Of a stretch of DNA of 64,000 nucleotides, positions 9,644-20,439 are shown piece after piece. Origin of the DNA: a virus. Its lineage: Duplodnaviria; Caudoviricetes. The stretch's first letter is position 1. Each line of letters opens with the position of its first letter. The notes beneath the pieces were generated by a model. It saw nothing but the letters and a program-made list of their open reading frames with translations, was not told the origin of the DNA and did no database searches. The translations under genes and the position numbers were made by a program. Location of the stretch: IMG/VR virus record IMGVR_UViG_3300014204_000130, positions 1-64,000 of that record, one strand, 5' to 3'.

Positions 9644-12600
9644 TTATAGTCCCGCCAATTTACGTTTGAGTTCTTTTACCAATTCTGCCGCTTTTGGATC
9701 TTGGTTCTTAATGGCATTGGAAATTTCTTTCGCCATATCACCAATGCTTCGGATATCCATGAAGATTATATCACCTTTTGAAGTCTTTGCCTCTTCTGCA
9801 ATACGAAGTTTCATTGTATCTCCAATTGCACCAAGCATGTCTTCCAAAGCCTTCATAGAATCTTCAGATTTGGCCTTGAGATGTTCAGATTTCTCCAACA
9901 TCAATTGGAACAGTTCTTCTTGAGCATTGAAGTATGCATCACTTCCCTTGGAAGCCGAAGTGATCTTATTTGTGATAACATCTTTCGTCCAGTCGAAATA
10001 TGCTGTGAATGGATCAACAGAACCGGAAGCGATTGAACTCCAACCACTTCCAAGATCCATAGGTGCTTTGTATTGCACTCCATCAATTACGCTCATGTCA
10101 CCACCGGCATCTTTGAAGTTGGTGAATGCACCTTGAAGATCTTTCCAAGAGTCATAACCCTTCATATCGCCAAGCATTCCGGTCTTATAGGTTGCTTGTC
10201 GAACTTGAGATTGCAATGCTTCGAATGCACCTTGAGAAAGATTTGCAATTGTTTCAACGGTGTTGGAGAGATAACCTGCATCCACCCATGATGAAATCTG
10301 ATTTGCAATTTCAGTGTAGTATTCAGAGATCTTCAGATTTGCATCGGCAATTGCTTGCGCTCCACCGTATTGGAAGTCATTTTCTGTAAACATTCCAATT
10401 GTGCCTTCGATGCGTTTAATTTCATCAAAAGTATCTTTATATTTATCCTTGTCGGTATACAGATTTCGATTGTTGGAAGCAGTATTCAAATTGGTATTTT
10501 CAAGTGTTGCTTTCGCAACAATAGCGGAAGAAATCTGTTCCATTGCCATTTGCACAACTGCATTGCCTTTACTGCCTTCATTAAAGATGGCAAAATTCTG
10601 GAATTCGGGAGTTAAAAACTGTTTCAAATTTCCAAAGATACTTTCCATTGTATCTTTGCCCATTGTTATATTATTGGAGGAATTTGACATTGCTTGAGTT
10701 ATTTGAGTTGCAGCAGCAGATTGTCCAAGATATTTATCTTGATTTTCTACATTTGCAGCACCAAACATGTCATACGTATATTTTCCAAAATTATTAACAG
10801 GAATGAATTTCATGGATGTAAATGCTACTATGTCAGATACCATAGATTTCTTAGCATCTATTGATTTCTGAGTCATAGTTTTATATGCATCGATTGTGGA
10901 TGTTATTAAATCATCTATCGTTGTTTGCATATCCCAAATTTTATCACGAAGTTCATCTTGAACTTTGAAATCTCCAGATGCTCTAGCATCTACAAACATT
11001 GCTTGAATCGTAGCAAGATACTGTTTCCGATAATTAACTTCTTGCTCAATAGCAGCAACTTCATTACTCTTTTTCAACTCATTCAATCTCTTTGTATTAT
11101 TGTATGATTCTTCAGCAGATGTTTTCAGAAGATCATAATATGTTTTCATACTTGCATCGAATGCAGTTGTATCCGCAGCAGAATGATTTTCCTTTGGCCC
11201 TTTGAACCAACCATCTCCAGAAGACCATGTAGAATACGTTGGTGATCCAAAACCAAAATTTCCAATATTAGACGTTCTTCCAGACATCATATACTTTTCA
11301 GCATCGGTATTTCGTCTTGTTAACATTGTTTCCCGAGAAGATGAGGCTGCTTGATATGCAGCTTGTCCGGCCTGAGTATCGTCTTTCGCTCCACCCCACA
11401 ATCGACCGGGTTGGGAAAGAAAGCCAGTTAGGAGTGAGAGGGGGAGAACAGCGGGATTTGCAGAAGTGAATGCCTTTGCGCCAGCCCATGCAGAACTAAG
11501 AGTTCCAAGGATTCCACCCTTTGAACCAGCACCTGTAGTTGCTCCTGCAATTGCATCCTTTACAGAAGCACCGTTGTCGGAATAATACATCATTTCATCG
11601 ATTTGATCTCTGGACATACCAGCCATACTCATGGCTAATTGTGACTGACCGCCAAACAATCCACCGATGATAGAATTAGCGATTCCACCACCCGTGGATG
11701 CTCCCGTATTAAGATCGATTCCAAAAACCATCTTGGTAGCAGATACAGCCATCATCTTGGAAATAATCTGTCCAATGGTAGACAAAATCGATCTACCCAT
11801 ACTTCGGAACATCTCATTCAAGTTGGAAAGTTTCCCTGTCATGAAGTCGAAGAATCCGGTTTCGAATGAGGAAGACAATCCATCGACAATGGTTTTACCG
11901 GCATCGAACATCTGTTCTCGCCAATTTTTTAACGCAACAGCAGAAGCACCCATTCCGAATTGGAGGGCTTCAAGTTCACTGTATTGACCCTGTTCAAGTC
12001 CCTTTTCAATCGCACCATACACTGAAGTCTTTGCTTCCCGAGTAGGAGCACGATTGAGAAGATCTTTCATAACTGAAGGAATTCGGAAATCAGATCCTTT
12101 TAATTCAACATTAAACCGTTCCAAGTCATATTGCCATGATTGGAAGGGTGAAAGTTTCTTTACAGTTCCCATGAACCGCTTGAGTGCGGATTCCATTTCT
12201 TTTAAGTTTTTAAATAAAGTATCGTCTTCAGTTCCATTTGCAAATGCATCATCCAATTCAATTTTGAGTTCTTTCAAACGATTGGTGATTCCGTCTTCAA
12301 TACTTATTCCTGCATTATCTGGAGCAAATGCAATTTTATTGATTTCTCCTGCAAATTTGGTTGCGAGTTCTGGAAATTTAAGATTTTCCAATTTTGAAAA
12401 AGTCTCTGCGAGATTTAATATAACAGAGTCTTCAGCCTCAGATGCATTTAACTTCCCAAATTCACCGATTGCATCGTACAATGGGCGATATGTTTCCATT
12501 CTTATACGTCGTTGTGCTAAGTCGGATTGTGCAGTTTGTTTTGCTGCCATTTCTGGAGTATATTTGACAGATTTATCAACGGCTTGATCCCGGAGTATAT

Positions 12601-15600
12601 TTAAATTGGTTTTACGTCCGAATTCGTACATTGATTGTATTTGAGATTCTACAGTTCCATAACTCCCCACAACACTCTTCACAACATCTTCCATCATCAT
12701 TGATTTCGACAATTCGGAAGTTTTCATGAAATATCCGTCGAAATCTTTGAACATTGTTTCGACGACTCTTAACGTATCTGGAAGTGCTGTTGCTAAGTTA
12801 CTTGAAATTGTTTTTGCCGCAGTTCCAATAGTTGTAAAAACTGATCCAATTGAACTTCCATCGGAACCATTAACTTTACTGAGTAAACTTTGTGGAGAAA
12901 TTGTATTTAATGAATTTGCAAGTTCCGGAGAAGTAATATAACTTTTTTTCTCAGATAAATATTTGACAATTTCATACAACTTCTCTTTAACACCACTCAA
13001 AAAACCGGTCATTACATTTCCGGCATTGTCTTGAATTTTTTGCATGGTTGCTTCATAACCATACTTTTCATTTTCATTGGTTGACAATGTTTTTCTGAAT
13101 GTATCTCCAATATCCAATGGTTGAAGATTGGTTGTGAATGCCTTGAATTGAAGATCTGTAAGTTTTATGAATTGAGCTTTGTCATTTTGAGTTTGGGCGT
13201 ATCCAGAATTTATACCTTTCAAAATTTCATCATAAGTAATCAATGGACGATTACCTACTTTTTTCCTTGCTTCTTCATCGGCTTTTCTTGCCATCTGAGT
13301 AGCATAATCAACCGGTCCCTGTCCTTCTCCATAGAATCCCATGTGGATTGATTTTGGTTTCGTTGGAGCTTCTTTTAAAGATTCGAATCGAATATTATTT
13401 CTTGCCCATTCATTCTTAGATTGTGCATCTTTTAAAGCTTTTGCACTTTCGGTTGTATTCAATCCACTTCCAAGAAGGATTTCTTTAAGTCCCGAATTTC
13501 GTCCGGCGATTGCCAGTTTGATAAATGTTTCTGGATCATTGTAAAATTTTGTATTCGCAGACAAAGCTTGAACATCCAATGCAAGATTCTTTGGATGATC
13601 TCCAGTTTTACTATGGGAAAGATCATTTGCAGAATAAATTGCAGGATCATACACACCTTTGAAAAGTAATTCAAGGTCGTCATTGATCTTTGAAAATGTT
13701 CCAAGAGTATCTTGTGTAAATCCTGAAAGGTTTACCGCAGGCCCGGAAGTTTTGAAACTGCTTGGATCAATATAACCGAGAACGGATTTTATCTTTCCGG
13801 CAATGGCTTCGCCGACGGTATCCCCCATCGGTTTTGCAACTCCCAGAAGTTCTTTTCCAACCCCTACAACATTTCCAACATTGTGAAGTACAGTTGAAGG
13901 ATTGCTAGCTTCTTTTACAACCGCCCAAACATTCTTCATGAAATCTTCAGGAGTTTTCCACGATTCGGGATTTGTTTGAACTCCGGATTTATCACCCTTA
14001 TCTGCTAAATCGGCTAAGTAAGTTTGTCGTAAATTGATTTTCCTTTGATTGTCTGCATATCCTTCAGATGTTATATCTGAAGTTAATTTTTTAAGTCGGT
14101 TAAAGGTGGTAGTTGCCGCATCTAAAGCCATGCCATTAGCTGTGGGGCCTAAATATTCTGGATTTTTATTGAGAATCTGGATTTTTTGTGCGCTGATTTC
14201 AGCCTCAAATGCACGGTGTAGATAATTTTTCTCAGGATTATTCTTGTCGGGATCTTTGGCGATATTCAACAACAATTTTGACATAGATTCGGGAAGCATT
14301 GCATTCCAATGACTTCCTTCACGAATACTGGCATATTCTTTATCTTTCTTTTCAAGTTGATATGTAATTGAAGGAGTTCCAACGCCACCAACATCCTTCA
14401 AATAATCAATTGCCTTACCGAATCCAGTATTCTCGAATAGATCCATATATTCAATTACTTTGCCGAATAGATTGGGAATTAAAACAAACAATGAATAAAT
14501 TCCAAATGCACTTTTACCCATCATTAAAAACGCATTCGTTAATCCAGTTACTAATGATCCACTGGTTAACAATCCCAATGAAGATAACATTTTTGTAAGT
14601 CCACCAACTGCTAAATCTTTATGCAGCCAAGTAAAGATTTCAACGATTGGAACTCGGAATGCAACGATTGATCCAAGAACTCCAAGTAAAGATCTTGCAA
14701 CTGAAATAATATTACCAAACCCAAGAAACCAAACACCAAGAGCTACTTCAACCAAACCAACATCACTTATAAATCCTTTGGTTGAACTTCGAATATAATC
14801 AAATAACGATTTCGCCTTTGAAAGTAGATCTCCTAGAATAGTTCCAATCTTCGGGATAACTACTTTCGCGATTTCGTAAAATTCTCTAACACCATCTGAA
14901 AGATATTGGAATGTATCTTTTAATCCCTTTTGAAATGCAGTTGAAAAAATAAATCCATTGATATATTGGAATATATTAACCAATCCTTCAGATGCACTTT
15001 GAATTGTATCTGTGATCGAAGAAAGATCGATTGAGAAATTTGTTCCGAATAAATTGTTTATTGCAATTGTTGATTTGAGTACAAATTCTTTTACAACTTC
15101 CCAACCATCTTGGAAAGCATTGGACATTCGTTTTGCAAATATAGATGCATTTATTGAACTTGCAAACGTTTCAAATTCAACCTGTACTTTTTTAACATCA
15201 CTTACAAACGAATCATAAAACCCCATATTACCAATTCGGGTTTTAAGGACATCAAATTGCCCTTGAATCTTTTGTAAGACAGGGCCGATTTGTCCAGCAG
15301 TTAATTTCAATGTTTCGGCTGGAACAAGATCTCGTAAATTTCCAGCCAATCCTTTGAGTAATTTCGGAACGTCTTTTTTGATTGAAGAAAGAGATTTCCC
15401 GTCGGTGGTCAACATGACATCGACTGGAATTTCATATCGTCTTTTGATGGACATGAAATCGCCGGAGAGTGTTTCTCGCAATGAATATAATGCTCCCTGA
15501 ATTCCCCACTCTGGTTCAATCTGTGAAAGAGCGATAACGATATCCCAGACATCTTTCATGTTTTCTTCAAGATGGATGGAATCTTTAAACATGGTTTTCA

Positions 15601-17224
15601 ATGGAGAAATTAAGGTCATTGCTTTGGTTCCTGAGATAATCTGTTCGTATCCAATTGGAAGATTCTCAGCAACCTTCATACTTGCGGCCATTACTTGATC
15701 AACGTTGGATTGAGTTTTCAATGTTCCCAACATAGCTATGTTATAACCCCGGAATCGTTCTGTTGTCATGAGGATATCCTGTCCCCAGGATTTCATGACA
15801 TAAGCAGAACCGGCAATTATACCAGTCATGCTCATTACAATTCCAGTTCCCATCTTGAGAACATAGAAAAATTTATCGGCTGCATATGAAGCCATATCCC
15901 AACCAGAAGCAGCTAAATCTTTTAATGAATCATTTAATCCAATAACTGCATCTTTCGTGGCACCCATGATATTCGTTTCTTGAGTTTCTGGAATACCAAA
16001 ACCGGAAGACATGGCGGTAGCCGCACCTCTACCCATCCCACCGGCCATTTGGATTCCACCACCAAGGGCACCAAGAACGCCGACTGCCAATGGTGCAATC
16101 AATCCCATTTGTCCAGCCCTTGGATTCCGAACGGGAACCTTTGGAGTTTTATTGGTTGTCTCCAAATATCCCTTTATCTTTTCTTGAATCGTTTTTGGAT
16201 AAATTGCAAATGGATCTATATCGTTGAATGATTTTGGAAATAATGTATCAAACCATCCACGTTCACCACCGGTTGGAGCCGCGATTATCTGTTTCTTAGC
16301 ATTAAATGCTCTTACTTTTTTAACAATATCGATGGATTTTTGAGTATAAGTCTTGTAAAGTCCAGTTGCTTCAACTTCCATTCGATCTTTCAATGTCTGA
16401 ATTCTATCAGCAGTTAAAGGAATCGTCGCAATGGATAGAGCCTTTGTTTCTTTTCCACCAATTACACCCAATGTTCGTTCTGCTTTTCTAGCCAACTTTT
16501 CCAGATTTCGGTATCCAACTTCTTCATCCAAATACCGTTGTTGTAATGCACTTACAACTTTTCCAGTTTTAGGTTTTGTTTCTTTTCCACCAATTGGACC
16601 TAATGTTCGTTCTGCTTTCTTAGATAATTTCTCCAGATTTCGATATCCAACTTCTTCATCGATGTATCGTTGTTGTAATTGACTTACAACTTTTGTAGAT
16701 TTGGGTTTGTTTAAAAGCTCATTCTTTTGAACAATTGCTGTCTTCACAGTTGAATTTAATTTGGTTGCAAGTTTTGCATTTGCTGCATCTTTTGCAATTG
16801 CCTGATTCAGCCAAAGTTCTTCTTCTTTTTGTTTTCGAAGATAATCCACCCAATATTTTTCAACAAGTTTTCTATCCGTTGTTGTTCCAGTTTGTTTTCT
16901 CATCCAACCGGAAATCTGATCTGGTTCAATTCCTTGTTTTGAAATTGCAAAAGTTCTAACTTGCTTAACCAAAGATTGTGGAAGACTCCTGGTAATCTTG
17001 GTTTTGATCCCGGTTACTTTCTGTTCAAATGCTTTTACAAGTGCATCTGCCATATTCTTTCCAAGATCTGCACCAAGATTCTTGAAAGATAAATTCATTT
17101 GAGTTGACAGCTTTGAAACAGCAGAATTGATACCACCGACTGCTCTTAATAAACTCTTGGCAATCTTATCAAACCCAGTAGTTTTTGCCTCAAATTCCAT
17201 TATAGATTTTTTATTGGTTATCAT
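9644..17224 (-). CDS. Tape measure protein
   Basis: 2526 aa, helical Ala/Gly-rich with hydrophobic stretches; follows frameshifted chaperone pair; GAGGAG RBS. Confidence 0.9.
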   Translation of the reverse strand: MITNKKSIMEFEAKTTGFDKIAKSLLRAVGGINSAVSKLSTQMNLSFKNLGADLGKNMADALVKAFEQKVTGIKTKITRSLPQSLVKQVRTFAISKQGIEPDQISGWMRKQTGTTTDRKLVEKYWVDYLRKQKEEELWLNQAIAKDAANAKLATKLNSTVKTAIVQKNELLNKPKSTKVVSQLQQRYIDEEVGYRNLEKLSKKAERTLGPIGGKETKPKTGKVVSALQQRYLDEEVGYRNLEKLARKAERTLGVIGGKETKALSIATIPLTADRIQTLKDRMEVEATGLYKTYTQKSIDIVKKVRAFNAKKQIIAAPTGGERGWFDTLFPKSFNDIDPFAIYPKTIQEKIKGYLETTNKTPKVPVRNPRAGQMGLIAPLAVGVLGALGGGIQMAGGMGRGAATAMSSGFGIPETQETNIMGATKDAVIGLNDSLKDLAASGWDMASYAADKFFYVLKMGTGIVMSMTGIIAGSAYVMKSWGQDILMTTERFRGYNIAMLGTLKTQSNVDQVMAASMKVAENLPIGYEQIISGTKAMTLISPLKTMFKDSIHLEENMKDVWDIVIALSQIEPEWGIQGALYSLRETLSGDFMSIKRRYEIPVDVMLTTDGKSLSSIKKDVPKLLKGLAGNLRDLVPAETLKLTAGQIGPVLQKIQGQFDVLKTRIGNMGFYDSFVSDVKKVQVEFETFASSINASIFAKRMSNAFQDGWEVVKEFVLKSTIAINNLFGTNFSIDLSSITDTIQSASEGLVNIFQYINGFIFSTAFQKGLKDTFQYLSDGVREFYEIAKVVIPKIGTILGDLLSKAKSLFDYIRSSTKGFISDVGLVEVALGVWFLGFGNIISVARSLLGVLGSIVAFRVPIVEIFTWLHKDLAVGGLTKMLSSLGLLTSGSLVTGLTNAFLMMGKSAFGIYSLFVLIPNLFGKVIEYMDLFENTGFGKAIDYLKDVGGVGTPSITYQLEKKDKEYASIREGSHWNAMLPESMSKLLLNIAKDPDKNNPEKNYLHRAFEAEISAQKIQILNKNPEYLGPTANGMALDAATTTFNRLKKLTSDITSEGYADNQRKINLRQTYLADLADKGDKSGVQTNPESWKTPEDFMKNVWAVVKEASNPSTVLHNVGNVVGVGKELLGVAKPMGDTVGEAIAGKIKSVLGYIDPSSFKTSGPAVNLSGFTQDTLGTFSKINDDLELLFKGVYDPAIYSANDLSHSKTGDHPKNLALDVQALSANTKFYNDPETFIKLAIAGRNSGLKEILLGSGLNTTESAKALKDAQSKNEWARNNIRFESLKEAPTKPKSIHMGFYGEGQGPVDYATQMARKADEEARKKVGNRPLITYDEILKGINSGYAQTQNDKAQFIKLTDLQFKAFTTNLQPLDIGDTFRKTLSTNENEKYGYEATMQKIQDNAGNVMTGFLSGVKEKLYEIVKYLSEKKSYITSPELANSLNTISPQSLLSKVNGSDGSSIGSVFTTIGTAAKTISSNLATALPDTLRVVETMFKDFDGYFMKTSELSKSMMMEDVVKSVVGSYGTVESQIQSMYEFGRKTNLNILRDQAVDKSVKYTPEMAAKQTAQSDLAQRRIRMETYRPLYDAIGEFGKLNASEAEDSVILNLAETFSKLENLKFPELATKFAGEINKIAFAPDNAGISIEDGITNRLKELKIELDDAFANGTEDDTLFKNLKEMESALKRFMGTVKKLSPFQSWQYDLERFNVELKGSDFRIPSVMKDLLNRAPTREAKTSVYGAIEKGLEQGQYSELEALQFGMGASAVALKNWREQMFDAGKTIVDGLSSSFETGFFDFMTGKLSNLNEMFRSMGRSILSTIGQIISKMMAVSATKMVFGIDLNTGASTGGGIANSIIGGLFGGQSQLAMSMAGMSRDQIDEMMYYSDNGASVKDAIAGATTGAGSKGGILGTLSSAWAGAKAFTSANPAVLPLSLLTGFLSQPGRLWGGAKDDTQAGQAAYQAASSSRETMLTRRNTDAEKYMMSGRTSNIGNFGFGSPTYSTWSSGDGWFKGPKENHSAADTTAFDASMKTYYDLLKTSAEESYNNTKRLNELKKSNEVAAIEQEVNYRKQYLATIQAMFVDARASGDFKVQDELRDKIWDMQTTIDDLITSTIDAYKTMTQKSIDAKKSMVSDIVAFTSMKFIPVNNFGKYTYDMFGAANVENQDKYLGQSAAATQITQAMSNSSNNITMGKDTMESIFGNLKQFLTPEFQNFAIFNEGSKGNAVVQMAMEQISSAIVAKATLENTNLNTASNNRNLYTDKDKYKDTFDEIKRIEGTIGMFTENDFQYGGAQAIADANLKISEYYTEIANQISSWVDAGYLSNTVETIANLSQGAFEALQSQVRQATYKTGMLGDMKGYDSWKDLQGAFTNFKDAGGDMSVIDGVQYKAPMDLGSGWSSIASGSVDPFTAYFDWTKDVITNKITSASKGSDAYFNAQEELFQLMLEKSEHLKAKSEDSMKALEDMLGAIGDTMKLRIAEEAKTSKGDIIFMDIRSIGDMAKEISNAIKNQDPKAAELVKELKRKLAGL

Positions 17225-17248
17225 GATCTAATGTCTCCTCAAATGACG

Positions 17249-17280
17249 AATGGAAGGACAGTTTTACGTGTCCTTCCATT
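17249..17280 (-). terminator. 12-bp hairpin between tail chaperone and tape measure genes
   Basis: AATGGAAGGACA-N8-TGTCCTTCCATT. Confidence 0.55.
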
Positions 17281-17284
17281 TCGG

Positions 17285-17674
17285 CTATTTCTTGGACTTT
17301 GCAGCATTTACTTGTTTCTGCATCTGTTGAGATCTTTCTTTACATCGGACAGAATCGACTGCAATTATCTTTTCGAATAAACACTGTCGTTCTATTGGAT
17401 CATATATCTCATACAAGTTGAAGATGAATTCGATTGCCATGAAATTGATGCCTAAGACATCACCCATACCGGCAACAATGACTTGTCCTGAGAGCTTCTG
17501 ATACAATTCCCATGCAAAGAAATTACTGATGAAGAGTTCTGGTTTGCCGAATGAACACACGCCATATATACATGGTAACGGTTTCTTATGAATTTTAGCA
17601 AATGCTATTTCACAAGTTTCACAACTGGCCCGTCCAGGAGTGAATATCCATTCGGCAAACTCAGTTAGTTTTTT
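17285..17674 (-). CDS. Tail assembly chaperone -1 frameshift extension (gpGT-like)
   Basis: -1 frame is open from slippery A AAA AAC (17668-17674) through ORF 17285-17560: KLTEFAEWIF...VCSFGKPEL. Confidence 0.8.
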   Translation of the reverse strand, partial: KKLTEFAEWIFTPGRASCETCEIAFAKIHKKPLPCIYGVCSFGKPELFISNFFAWELYQKLSGQVIVAGMGDVLGINFMAIEFIFNLYEIYDPIERQCLFEKIIAVDSVRCKERSQQMQKQVNAAKSKK

Positions 17675-18093
17675 ATTTCAACTTCTTTCTTTTCTGAGAA
17701 GTTGGAAGCGTCACGGACAGAATCCACAATCCAAGAACCGAACTCGTAACTGTTATCAACGAGGAACATCAAATTTTCATCATTGAAATCGATTTCCGTG
17801 TCCAACGATGGAATTTTGGTTTCGTCGAGAACCACAACCGTTGAAAGATATCGATAGGTGAGTCCCTTCCAACCTTTGACAACTGTTCGTGCCATATCCT
17901 TGGTAAGTTTCTCGCCATCCATCACTTCTTCGAACTTGTGTGATTTCTTGTTCAATTCCATTTTGGTATTGCGATTCATGATCACCTGAACTTCAGAACG
18001 AGGAAGATACAGGAGTTTCACGAGAACATTGTTTTCCTTGTCAAAAACAACATCATTGACAACATCTTTGCGAACGAGATCTTTAAGATTCAT
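17665..18093 (-). CDS. Tail assembly chaperone (gpG-like)
   Basis: Between tube and tape measure; VKGWKGL motif; ends ATA AAA AAC TAA. Confidence 0.85.
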   Translation of the reverse strand: MNLKDLVRKDVVNDVVFDKENNVLVKLLYLPRSEVQVIMNRNTKMELNKKSHKFEEVMDGEKLTKDMARTVVKGWKGLTYRYLSTVVVLDETKIPSLDTEIDFNDENLMFLVDNSYEFGSWIVDSVRDASNFSEKKEVEIKN

Positions 18094-18119
18094 TTGGAGT
18101 ATCCTTTCAAGATATATTA

Positions 18120-18175
18120 AAAATCATGGTATCTAATCCCAGAAAATCAGATCTAGGGAAAGATACCACGATTTT
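18120..18175 (-). terminator. Long hairpin with T-tail downstream of tail tube gene
   Basis: AAAATCATGGTATCT...AGATACCACGATTTT inverted repeat; G-U pair on minus-strand RNA. Confidence 0.55.
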
Positions 18176-18195
18176 ATGAAGAATGCAAACAGGAA

Positions 18196-19257
18196 TTAAA
18201 CTTCCGTTCCTGCTTCAATCGATGCAAGTGTATTGACAATTGTTACGATTACATCCGTCAATGCAGTTTCATCATATTTTGCGTTGAAGGTCAGAGGAAG
18301 ATTCAAACCTTGAAAAGACGCAATTTCTGGAGCCGTTCCAGAAAGTTTGCAACTTGGGAATTTAAAACTTAGTTTCTGACCAAGCCCGTTATTGAACATG
18401 AACTTCACACCGCAAATAGTTCCGGCAGAATACAACTTGTACAGATAGTCATTTTCAAAGAACACCGTGAAGTCGCCTGAACATGCACGTTTACCATATT
18501 GAGCAGAAGCTCTGAATGCCGATCCAAGCACGTAACCGTCGGTTTCGATGTTGTTTGCAATGTTGATGTTACCGGCTGTTACAAATCCCAATGGATGGTA
18601 ATTTGCATCACCATCATCGTCAAGAGTTCCACTGGTATCGATAGTGCCATCTGTGGTTTTCATGGTCGTGGAAATAACACATTGATAACCCGTGAATCCG
18701 CTGATCGTTGAAGCGGCTGGGGTTCCCGTTCCCATTCCATCGGCGTCGGCAATTGCTTCTTCTTTTCCGATAAATCCAAAAGTGATTTCATGCAAACCTT
18801 CCTGAACCAAGGAAATTGCCATGGAATTGACGCGGCAGCCCTTATAAATCAGGAACTTGTCGATGTCGGGGAATTCTTTCTGAATGGTAAGACCTTGGAA
18901 GAAACCCGGAGAACCTTTCAGAACGTGAGTGTAGTTCGGAGCGGAACCACTTGTCACCAAGGTTGGATTAAGACCACCCGTTTTTGGATTCCCGAGAAGA
19001 TGAAGGAAAAACAATTCCAATCCTTCCGGAATCAAATCGGAAACGATATTGCCTTCAACCGCTTTGTTACCATCGCCCAACCCGATGGTGCAACGATAAG
19101 CATTGATCATATCGGATTCGAAGTTATTCTTTGAAGATTTCAAAGATTCATTCTTCAACCCAACAATGCGAATTACTGCATCATCAGCATAGGGAGTTCC
19201 CCATACCTGTTCTTGTTTTACCGTCAATACTGCATTACTACCAGCAGCACGAGTCAT
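18196..19257 (-). CDS. Major tail tube protein
   Basis: 353 aa; YKGCRVNSMAISL, GKRACSGDFTVFF motifs; position before chaperones. Confidence 0.85.
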   Translation of the reverse strand: MTRAAGSNAVLTVKQEQVWGTPYADDAVIRIVGLKNESLKSSKNNFESDMINAYRCTIGLGDGNKAVEGNIVSDLIPEGLELFFLHLLGNPKTGGLNPTLVTSGSAPNYTHVLKGSPGFFQGLTIQKEFPDIDKFLIYKGCRVNSMAISLVQEGLHEITFGFIGKEEAIADADGMGTGTPAASTISGFTGYQCVISTTMKTTDGTIDTSGTLDDDGDANYHPLGFVTAGNINIANNIETDGYVLGSAFRASAQYGKRACSGDFTVFFENDYLYKLYSAGTICGVKFMFNNGLGQKLSFKFPSCKLSGTAPEIASFQGLNLPLTFNAKYDETALTDVIVTIVNTLASIEAGTEV

Positions 19258-19275
19258 ATTGTTATTCTCCTTCTA

Positions 19276-19755
19276 TTACAAGTCGAGTCCCATAAAGTGA
19301 TATGTTACTTCAAAAGAAATGGCAAATCCACCGTGAGGCCAAATCATCTCAGGAACCGTTTCGATTTTGAGCAAAGTAATCCAATCGCACAATCCGGAGA
19401 GGTTGTCATCTGTTAGCATAGCTATAACGAGATCTTTTTGCAAACTATTCATCAATGTATCAAGATTTGGATTGCTTTCGTCAGCGGATATGAATGCAAC
19501 TACATCCAATTGAATGGTATTCTCGAATTTTTTACCCGGAAGAGGTCCAAATATCTCCCCGTTATTATTTAAGATAACCCAAGGTTTTGGATGAGATTCT
19601 ATCATATCAGAATCAAATACAAGATATTGTCGATCAACGTATGAAACTGTGTGTTGATAAACATGTCCAGATTTCACTTCTGTATTTCCAGAAACAATCA
19701 TTGCTAATTTTGCTTCGATTGCATTCAATATTAATTCTTTGCGTGAAGTAGTCAT
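19276..19755 (-). CDS. Tail terminator/completion protein
   Basis: SRKELILNAIEAKL N-terminus, size and position. Confidence 0.6.
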   Translation of the reverse strand: MTTSRKELILNAIEAKLAMIVSGNTEVKSGHVYQHTVSYVDRQYLVFDSDMIESHPKPWVILNNNGEIFGPLPGKKFENTIQLDVVAFISADESNPNLDTLMNSLQKDLVIAMLTDDNLSGLCDWITLLKIETVPEMIWPHGGFAISFEVTYHFMGLDL

Positions 19756-19764
19756 TGATAATCC

Positions 19765-20439
19765 TTATGTTGTTTTAACATCGGCCTTGCTCATGGTTTC
19801 ATACATTCTTGTAAAGATTCTATCTGCCATAGCGATAACTGACTGTTCGGCGGCTTCAGTAAATCTTGAACCTGTACTGAAATCGACTTTGTTCGATTTC
19901 TGTTTCACAATAATGAATCGATTACGACCACCTTTTGGACCCTTCCAATGATACGTAATCCATTGTGAAATCTTACTCCAATAAAACCTCAAAGGAGAAG
20001 AACGTTTAGATTGATTTCCGGCTTTAACTATTTGATATTGCTTACGTCCAGTATCCAGAATCCGATATATCTGTTGCCCGGTGATCTTGAATTCAGGACG
20101 TATTCCTCGTTGATATGTCGGTTGTTTAAGACTACGTGAAAAATATGAATGACTCAACCGAATAACTGAACTTCCTTTATTTTTTGCAACAGTTGAATAA
20201 AACCCATCAATGATATCCTTCGATGCACCTTGAATTCTTATTCTAGCGGATAACATTGCTTTTTTTGCAGCAGCTTGAGCTGTATCTTGAACGGTCGTTG
20301 GATTCAATTGTGAAAGATGTCCATTGAGATTTCTTTGTAAATTGCTAAAGTAATCCAATACCTTTTTGATATCAGTTTTAACATTTGCAATATTAACCTT
20401 GATAGCAATGGACGCACTTTTTGAAGTTGCATCTGCCAT
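19765..20439 (-). CDS. Putative neck/tail completion protein
   Basis: Basic 224 aa in head-tail joining position. Confidence 0.5.
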   Translation of the reverse strand: MADATSKSASIAIKVNIANVKTDIKKVLDYFSNLQRNLNGHLSQLNPTTVQDTAQAAAKKAMLSARIRIQGASKDIIDGFYSTVAKNKGSSVIRLSHSYFSRSLKQPTYQRGIRPEFKITGQQIYRILDTGRKQYQIVKAGNQSKRSSPLRFYWSKISQWITYHWKGPKGGRNRFIIVKQKSNKVDFSTGSRFTEAAEQSVIAMADRIFTRMYETMSKADVKTT

